The position numbers and the translations under genes were made by a program. Below are positions 23,902-32,279 of a stretch of DNA of 32,279 bases, in pieces. Each line of letters begins with the position of its first letter. Position 1 is the stretch's first letter. The notes under the pieces are model-generated. The model saw only the letters and a list, made by a program, of their open reading frames with translations, searched no databases and was not told the origin of the DNA. The stretch is from Welwitschia mirabilis (Eukaryota): the NCBI GenBank assembly GCA_051453625.1, contig JBOZIK010000001.1:30691435-30723713 (forward strand), written 5' to 3'.

Positions 23902-24959
23902 TATTGCGATGTGTATTTATGCATGCTTTTATATTCAAATAGATTTCACCATTAATAAGTAAAATAGATATTATGTATAATACATCATACTAATATAATG
24001 GAAGTGACCCAAAATGTCGTATCTCATTGAAGTCTATCCACATGAGACTTAGGTTGCTTTTGCAATTAGATAGGAACTAGAAATAACGAATAATAATGCA
24101 AGAAATTAAACTACCATGCAAAGTGCATCATGCAATCTAAACTAACATGCAATTTAAACAATCCTAATCCTACTTGCTTTTCAGCCTTAATAAGGATACC
24201 CTTGATAATCTATATCACCCAAGAAATTATCACAAGATCTTAGGCAACATTAGACTATAAGGGATATAACATATCCTATCATGTAAACATGAAATAAAAC
24301 CAAGATGTATATTAAAATGGTAATAATATCTAGGTTATAAAATAGCTAGGTCTCAATGGAATATACTTAGCCCTTCACCAAGTGCTCGTCTTTCTGCAAC
24401 TCTCAAGATAGATCTTCCACCCTTTGTTCTTTTATCATGAGAATCTCTGGTGCATCGAAGATGATCAAGAGAGTCAAAGGGGAACTTATTTATAGGAAAA
24501 TATAACATAAATGGATAAATAGAAGGTGCAGTTATGCGCCCTCATTAAGCACTCAGAAATGGACAAAATGACTCATAGAATCTATCAGTGACAGTTACAT
24601 GTCAATGTTGTCTGTGCTGTTATCTGGAAGACATGGGGAATGATAGACTATTATAAAATATCTTCAAAATGTGACTCAATAGTTCACATACACAGTTGTT
24701 GTCTTGTCTGTCATGTGGATGACAGAGGGAATGAAAGTCTTCTTTAATGTCTTTCTTGAGGAGAAACTTAGTAGTTTTATCATGAAAAGCTCTGTTTATC
24801 GGAAAGTGCCTTAATTGCATCAAATTGGATAATAACTGCACTTTTCAAATATTTCCTCTTGTATCTCCAAAATCCTCAGAATTGCACTAAAACCTAAATA
24901 AAAGTCCTATAAAACAACTCATAAAACCCATTAAATAACCGTAAATTGGTAATGCAACA
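23902..24959 (-). repeat. 5' LTR of element B (1058 bp)
   Basis: Direct repeat of 17684-18740, flanked by the PBS and the TSD. Confidence 0.96.
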
Positions 24960-26854
24960 AATATAAAATAATGTTATAATGATAAGAGTGAAAAATGAAA
25001 ATGTTAAAAGATGTGTAAAGTGGAAGGAAATTCTTATCAAAAATGGCTAGATGACAAGTCTTCAAAAACGATTGTTGTTAATGAAAGAAATAAAGAGAAA
25101 GAAAAGATGAAGAGATTAAAAGAAAAAAAATTTATAAATGAAGAAAAGGATGAAAATGATGATGATGAAGGAAGTGTAAAAATGAGATGTAAAATGAATT
25201 CATTACAAAAAATACATATGATCCTTTAAGCATGCTTTCTCATGTCAAAAGAAGATCAGTCAGCCTATTTGTTTTGCCTAATTTAAATTAAAGATGTCTT
25301 TGATGCTGAAAGAGATCTAAAGGATGCACATACATCTACTCTAAAAGCTTTGTAGTTTACCTTTTCCTTTTTGATAAGATTTTAGTTCTATGAAGATATC
25401 TTTAGACTTAAGAAGACATTTATTTCATAGATTATAGAAATCCATCTCATGAGATATGTTTATTCTTAAAGTTATTTGAAAACTGAGTTTTTTGTTAAAT
25501 ATCATTGAGACTAATAGACATCTATTTCATGGATTATAGACATATATCTATTTGAAAGACATCTATCTTATAATCCATTTTAAAAACAAGATCTGAAAAG
25601 CACAAAAATAAACTTCTAATTGAAAATTTTGAATGCTAAGCCATTTACCATCATATCTAGGTCAACTAAAACCCTTCAAAAGTTAATTGAGAGTGTTAAA
25701 AACATCATTTTCTTTAAGATATTTCATTCAATATGTAAACATTTTTCTCATTTTATGAAATGATACAAGAATTTATTCAAATGATTAAATCATTATATAA
25801 AGCTTTAAAGATCTTTAATATTTCATTAAGTTTTATAAGTACGAATTTGATTCTTATTATTTGATGATATGAACTTTTATTCCATCATAATAAATTGATC
25901 TTTAACAAATGTGAAGTTATTTAAACATCAAATGAACCAATAACTAAATAATGGAACATGAACAAGCTGAATTCACTTAAGTTACTAAAACATCTATTGT
26001 TGTTGAAGCTTACTAAAGTAATAAAAACTTTAAAGCATTTATCAAACTTAAAGTAGATCTTATCTTAATCTTTCAAGCATGAATGAAGCATTAAACACAA
26101 ATGAAACATAAATGAAGCACATTAAAATGAGTCTTCTATTTGGCAAAATTTCATTCATCTCTTCAAGAGGTATCAAGCTTGTTCCAAATTGTGCCTATGT
26201 ACATGTTTTTATACTTGAAGTGGATGGAATTTTATTTCACTTCACCAATGAGGGACAAATCCCTTTTCTTTTCCTAAAAACATAACTTCCTATGATTTAT
26301 GTTGATACAACATAGAAAAATAAATCTATGTGACTAATTAACATCAAGATACACATTAAAAAGAACATGTATAATGTTATGATTATTACATTAGACCACA
26401 TAATATAAAATCTCATAGAGATAGAAGGGTGAATGCATGTAGTATGTAATCACGCAATGAATGAGATGATACAAATGCAAATGGAAATGAGACTCTACCA
26501 TGTAAGTAATAAATAAATGATACTATGAAAATAAATTAAGGGCCTAAAAAATTCATTTAATTATGTATCTAAGACAAAAAATAAATGTATAGATAAATTA
26601 AATTCATATAAACTATGAGTAGTAAAAATATATTGAGTAAAAAATGTTAGAACAAGAAATTTACAAGAAGTATTTAGTGCCACCTTAAGTCCTTTCTAAT
26701 TTTTATTATTTTATAATTAGAAGTAATATCCTTCAAGAATTTAATCATATTAAGCATTTAATGTTGTAGGACCTTCTTCTAATGGATTTAAATATGTTTT
26801 ACATGAAAAGATTAGTGCTACATTACTAGTAAATATCTATATACCAATGTATTT
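24960..26854 (-). mobile_element. Element E fragment: heavily degraded and deleted Ty1/Copia (SIRE-like) pol relic plus spacer
   Basis: Minus-strand relics appear in Copia order: WYID...CS (~26815-26846, protease start), KTCT*AQFG (~26185-26210, cf. CxACQxGK), FHKMRK...YLKE and DMMVNGL (~25635-25760, RNase H end). AGA(CA/TG)TCT repeats at 25290-25565 are shared with 31800-32210. Confidence 0.45.
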
Positions 26855-28116
26855 TATTATGATGCCAAATTATATGTTTTTGATAGGGTATTTTGAGTAG
26901 TTTTGCAAAACATTTAAATAGGTTTAAATACAAAATGATGATTATTAAAAGTCAAGGAGGAAATCATGGAAATGCATAAATATTAGCACTTTTGGAGGAA
27001 TTTTAGATTAATTCTGATACTTCATATTTAAAGGAGGAATTAATGAGATTCAAGGCCAATTTAACTTATTAAAGAACTTCAAGAAGATCATCGTCCCATT
27101 CATCATCCAAATGACATACAATAATGACACCACTTACATGCTGATTAAGATGCTAACTACGTTAACATAAAAGATAAATATTGAACTTTATTAATATAGC
27201 ATTGTCCCCACCATGATCTATATGATCATAAGAATGACTATCTAATTTTAGTCAATGTATCAACTTCACCAAACTTTTGCAATGTGTCATGCACCCTCTT
27301 GCATGTCGTTAGGGTTTTTCATGGATCTTTTAGAGTTGCTATTATTATAATCTATTGTTATCTTTAAATACAGCCTTCGCTCTTAACTCTAATCATCTTC
27401 AGTTACATTAGAAATTATCATGATAAGAAATTGAAGAGTCAAAGATCCATTCATTATTGTTGTAGAGAGATGTCTTCCTTTTTATTGGGATGTGTATCCT
27501 TCATTGAGGTGCTGCTACTTTGTAACATGTATGTTGGTTTAATTCTAATCTAAACTCTTATTTTCTTTTTATATCTTTATTTTGTACATATCTTATGGTT
27601 TATATTGCTTCTAATTCCATGACAAATTTTTTAGTGATATATATTATGAGGGAAACTTTGTTAAGGTTAACATTATTAGTTTAGATGCATTGTATTTCCT
27701 TTTCTAGATTAACTTTAGATATTTTTCATATTCTATTAAACATACTTGATAGCTTAGGTTAGTATTGATCTAGTGACAACTTTTCCTAATTAATCTAGAT
27801 TACATAGGGTCAATCTCTATGACAAGTTAATCTAGTAATTGAATAGAAGTTATGCTTAGTTTAGACTTGCATTTCATTTGCCTAAGTGTATTTGCATTAT
27901 TATTTTCACATTATTATTTCATTCTATTTTAAGAATACATAGTGTTTCATGTTCAAAATTAATTCTCTTACTTTTCATCTGTGTGTTCACTAAGAATATG
28001 ACATTTGGGTTACTTCCATCTATTTTAGTGTGCTGTGTTATGCAAAATCTATATTTATTTGTGAATTATAGAATCTACTTCATAATGTAATGTTCGCACA
28101 AATACACACTACAACA
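26855..28116 (+). repeat. 5' LTR of element C (~1262 bp)
   Basis: Collinear with 4566-5841 and ends ctacaaca just before the PBS. The start was placed by aligning tattatgatgccaaatt to tgttgcactaccaaatt. Confidence 0.85.
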
Positions 28117-28119
28117 TCC

Positions 28120-28137
28120 TGGTGTCATTACTAGAGA
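28120..28137 (+). promoter_or_regulatory. Primer-binding site of element C, decayed tRNA-Asp type
   Basis: tggtgtcattactagaga, 3 nt after the LTR. All differences from TGGCGCCGTTGCCGGGGA are C>T or G>A. Confidence 0.82.
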
Positions 28138-29018
28138 ATGTTGTAATAATTTTGAGGATTGTCATTATCTAGATAAGTTCTTTAGATTTTAATTTAGGTA
28201 TTTGTTTGAAGTAGAATTATATTTTTATTATAAATATCATAGTTTTTCTTTCCAAATTTTTTTAAAGTTTTTCATTTTTTTTTAATCTGCATTTTTCGAG
28301 TTTATCATCCTACTATCATTCAAATGCCACATGTGGATGACGGACTAAGGTTAGGGTTTTTCATTATTTTTTTTAACAAGTTTGTTTTTAATATTCTACC
28401 ATGTAATAAGTTAATATCATCTATCTATCATTTGGATGGCACTAGAAGATGACTGACAGTAGGTTTCTACTATAGTTTTTAGTGATTATATTTTTTATTT
28501 TCTTTTTTTTTTGTTTTTTAATCATTCATGATATCATTCAGATGACAACTAAGATGATGAATAGACAGATATTTTATTAAGCATGTAGGGATGTGATAAA
28601 ATCTAGTGAAAATCTAAAATATTTGAGGGAATAAGAATTAATCCAAAAAAGGCATACTTGATGAAAAATAAAAATAGGTATGCACATCCTAGGTACATAA
28701 TTTCCAAGATTTGAAGAAAATTTTTTCTACTTTTATGATTTTTAAATGAAATATTTCAAATANNNNNNNNNNNNNNNNNNNNNNNNNNNNNNNNNNNNNN
28801 NNNNNNNNNNNNNNNNNNNNNNNNNNNNNNNNNNNNNNNNNNNNNNNNNNNNNNNNNNNNNNATCCTAGGTACATAATTTCCAAGATTTGAAGAAAATTT
28901 TTTCTACTTTTATGATTTTTAAATGAAATATTTCAAATAGCAGTAGTAAAAATAATAGAATAGGAGAAAACTTATTTTATATCCTTCTTATTAATGAGTA
29001 GTATCGCTTAATACAAAT

Positions 29019-31065
29019 ATGATAGAATACTCTAGTTCAAATGCAAACATTACCATAGAAGAGATAATTTCTAGAAGGAGACATGAAAGACAAAAATCTT
29101 GTAACTTATCTCCTAATGATAATNNNNNNNNNNNNNNNNNNNNNNNNNNNNNNNNNNNNNNNNNNNNNNNNNNNNNNNNNNNNNNNNNNNNNNNNNNNNN
29201 NNNNNNNNNNNNNNNNNNNNNNNACATTACCATAGAAGAGATAATTTCTAGAAGGAGACATGAAAGACAAAAATCTTGTAACTTATCTCCTAATGATAAT
29301 CTAAAACTTAAAGCCATGAATTCTTCTTATTCATCCTTCCCATCCACTACTAAGAATAATTATAAAAGGTCATTACAAGAAATATTGGTTGAAATGAGAG
29401 CTAAAGAAAGAAGAAGAAAATGTAAAAATTCTAATAATAATGGAAATAAAACACTTAGTGAAATATTTCAAGAATAATTTTCGGGAACCTTAGATGATGT
29501 TAAGGCTAGGACCCCTTCCTCCTTTTAAAATTCTTATTTTTTTCTCCTTTTCAAACTTCAAATGAAATGATTTACAATATTTTAGGAATTTCACCTCATC
29601 TAGTGAAACATCCTATAAGCATTTTAGTAAATCCCAATAATCACCCATGAGTAATTATGAATAACAATCATCTTTCATCAATCATCATGAAGAATAAGAT
29701 CCATCTACCCCAAGTTACTATGAAGAAAGTAACAACTTAGTAATAAAAATGCTTAACGAAATGAAAATGAGGTAATAAAATATTAATGAGAACTTAAAAA
29801 ATTTGATTGAAATGTTTTAATAAAATTTATTACAAACTCAACAATCTCAAGATTCTTTTACAAAACTAACCTATCCTACTACATCCCACTTTGAGAAACA
29901 TGAGTAGAACTTAAAAATAATAAGTAATAATGATTCTCGCTTTAACAAAGAAAATGAAAGTATGGATCAACCTAAAATTAAACTTATTAGGAGATGGATA
30001 AAAAAATAAAAACAATAATGATTCAAATCCATTATTCAATAATAAGTATGAAGATGATTATTTCTTAAATGATGAACTAGGCTATAATCTTATTCAATTC
30101 CTAGTAGAAAATAAAGATGAAATAAAAGAATTAGCTCATGAAAAATCTAAAAATTCTTCAATCCATGATAAACATAATGATTACATTTCTTCTTCTAATG
30201 AATCTACTAAATTAAAAAATAATAACATATAATAAAATAATGAGAATGATGAAGAAGAAAATGACGATATTTTTATATTAGATCATATTCCTAGTTTTCA
30301 CTTACTTTGTGATAAGGATGAAAGAGTTCAATCTTTGAAAGAAGTTTAACATATGAGATTGAAGGATAATTTAAGTAATCAAATAAAATTAGTGGAGAAT
30401 TTATATTATGAAGGGAGTCATTCATTCATGTCATCTAGATGATAGTTCAAGATGATAGTCAATAATAGCAATTCAACAATAGAAAATGAGGATTACAGTC
30501 TAGAATTAACAAAATTATTCAATAGGAAAGAAGAAGAGTCAACTCAAGAAATATCAGAAAATCTTCCATCACATAATAAGAACTTTTCTTTCTATAATCT
30601 TTTTAATGATCTTTATGAGGAATCCACCAACTTAGAAAATGAAAATAATCCTCAATAAAACAATAATAAGTTTAATAAAGAAGACTAAAATATAGTCAAT
30701 GATATTGATAAATACAAAGAAGAAGAGGAAGATATTATCAAAGAACATAATGAATAAAATAAACAAATAATTCAACCAAGTAATGGTAAAGTCAAAAATG
30801 AGGAGAGGAATAAAGAAAAACTAATTAAAAATCAAACAAACATAATGGATAATAGACTTATACCTTCTAATAAAATAAACTAACTTAAAGAATTTGCTCA
30901 TGCTTTTCCATCACTTTTACTTGAACTTCCATTCAAAACCTCAAATAACATTCCTCTTTCTACTCCTACTTCCACATTATCTTGTGATCTTGATAATGAT
31001 AATCTTTCTCCCTCTTTTCCATTTGAACATTCAAGTAATTATCCAAATCACATCACTCTCCTTAA
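29019..31065 (+). pseudogene. Decayed gag-derived, N/E/K-rich low-complexity ORF of element C
   Basis: Lies downstream of the PBS. The relic FRNFTSSSETSYKHF (~29580-29625) resembles the gag PxFxGxxxExPYxH motif. No capsid core or protease was recognised. Confidence 0.45.
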
Positions 31066-31134
31066 ATTTAATAAAATACATCACTTTGAGGATCTACTCC
31101 AAAAATCTCTTAATCTTTTCCTTTTAAAACTTTA

Positions 31135-32279
31135 AGTACTACAAAAAATAACATCTTTTCTTCTTTTACAAAGTTAACTCTACCTTGTGTTTTTAATGAC
31201 TACTCCTTTTAAAAACAAGACTTAGAATATCTTAGAACTCTAAATTGGGGCAAACATTATCTTCTTGATCCAAATCCATGCTTAGAATTAAATGTTAAGG
31301 ATCTTCTTAAGTATGTTAAACCTATCTTAGCCACTTAATTTAAGAGGTTTCTTTCAAAGTCTTAGATCCCAAATTATACCATTAATGTCTCCCATGTTCA
31401 ATATCAATATTTGAATGAAATATATGTTTTAAATTCTTTATATCATAAGTTTGATAATAGATTGTTTTTCCACAAGTATATGAAGTCTTTATCTCTCATA
31501 TTACTAATACACTTTATAAAGACAAAATGTCATGTGGTCATAGTTACTTGAAGGTTTCTTGTAAATGATAGCTTGATGCTTTATAAGAAGATCCAATCAC
31601 CAATGTATTCATATGCATATACATGCATCATTGTCTTTCATAAGATTTGTCTGTCAAGTCACGCCTTTATATCTTCTGATGAGTTTCTAGCTGTTTAACC
31701 TCATAAAGTATATGTTTAAACTTTATAACTATTACAGAATGAATAGAAACAACTGGGTTTTGGATGCACAATGTCTATTTTATTTGTTGTGACTTCTGCA
31801 TAGATGTCTTCAAAATCGTAGACATCTTCTATTAGTTAGACATCTTTAACATGGGAGACTTCTTCAATCAAAGTGCTCAAAAATTGATGAAACTTGAATT
31901 GATAATCTTTGGATTTTTTTGATTATAAATTCATGATGTAAATCCTAATGGATTCCTAGAATGTAAATAATTTATCAAAGTATAAATTAATCCCTATTAC
32001 CTATTCCAGTTTAGTGTAGACATCTTTAACTATGTAGATGTCTTTCATCTATGTTAGACCCATCTTTTATTATAGTTGTCTTCTTTAAGATAGACGTCTT
32101 TCACCTATGATTGAGAATTGGTTTAGCATAGATGTCTTTGATGTTGTAGATGTCTTCAAATGTGCAGATGTCTTTTCCATACATGTCTTAAATTCTGTAG
32201 GCATCTTCATAGAGACAAAAGTCTTATTTCCTTATTAAAAATCCATATCTTATGTTGAATGATAGAAAGCATTTTAATA
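31135..32279 (-). mobile_element. Element E fragment: probable SIRE-like gag/5' region with an AGACGTCT-derived repeat array
   Basis: Minus-strand NLGSKTL...KIGLTY (~31308-31376, frameshifted; cf. SIRE gag GSxxLDxIL...KxGLGY) and VNFVKEEK (~31155-31180). About 12 motif copies lie at 31800-32210. Confidence 0.45.

Larger units (their letters stand above)
17684..24959 (-). mobile_element. Element B: full-length non-autonomous Athila-like LTR retrotransposon encoding gag-protease only (7276 bp)
   Basis: Two collinear LTRs, a 5-bp TSD aatat (17679-17683 and 24960-24964), PBS, PPT, and gag and PR relics. No RT, RH or INT motifs were seen. Confidence 0.93.
26855..31130 (+). mobile_element. Element C: 3'-truncated Athila-like LTR element, same LTR family as A
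   Basis: LTR plus PBS plus a 5' UTR with family palindromes plus a decayed gag-like region. No second LTR is in the window. The right boundary is approximate. Confidence 0.78.

Noticed and set aside
20495-23938. Short F/L-rich ORFs sharing HPHD..DD peptides (20495, 23408, 23675, also 24620)
   Set aside because: These are translations of T-rich UTR plus the palindromic DNA motif, not membrane proteins.
25011-25229. K/E/D-rich + strand ORF
   Set aside because: Low-complexity sequence, more likely the antisense shadow of a Ser-rich minus-strand relic in element E.
4566-28116. LTRs at 4566-5841 and 26855-28116 as the two ends of one element
   Set aside because: The PPT lies outside-left of the first and the PBS outside-right of the second, so they are the 3' and 5' LTRs of different insertions.
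28686-28939. Perfect 77-bp direct repeat flanking the gap 28763-28862
   Set aside because: Identical copies on both sides of an exactly 100-N gap indicate an unmerged contig overlap, not biology.
29047-29300. Perfect 77-bp repeat flanking the gap 29124-29223, giving the repeated ITIEEIISRRRHERQK peptide
   Set aside because: Same 77-bp overlap and 100-N gap, so an assembly artefact. The ORF would be ~93 aa after correction.
31676-31720. ctgatgag as a possible hammerhead ribozyme core
   Set aside because: No stem II followed by GAAA could be formed.
31795-32215. Repeat array as CRISPR-like
   Set aside because: The units are ~9-10 bp and degenerate, the context is eukaryotic TE sequence, and no cas genes are present.

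Overview
AT-rich, CpG-depleted plant-type genomic DNA with six assembly gaps. It contains no intact host gene, RNA gene or CRISPR array. Nearly the whole window is a nest of five decayed LTR retrotransposons. (A) 1-5841: 3' part of a + strand Athila-like Gypsy element (env-like pseudogene, PPT, 3' LTR), inserted into the integrase of D. (D) 5842-17045: a - strand Tat/Ogre-type Gypsy element with 5' LTR, tRNA-Arg PBS, gag, PR, RT, RH, aRH and INT. It carries a ~3.7 kb spacer between PR and RT that holds two antisense accessory ORF relics. (B) 17684-24959: a structurally complete but non-autonomous Athila-like element (two ~1057-bp LTRs, AATAT TSD, PBS, PPT) encoding only gag-protease. (C) 26855-~31130: a 3'-truncated + strand Athila-like derivative. 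(E) A very old - strand Copia (SIRE-like) scaffold, visible in pieces at 17046-17683, 24960-26854 and ~31135-32279, into which B, C and D appear to have inserted. The most unusual observations are the antisense cassette inside the pol gene of D, and lineage-specific CpG-decayed palindromic motifs repeated through the elements. All domain calls come from motif recognition by eye, not from database searches.
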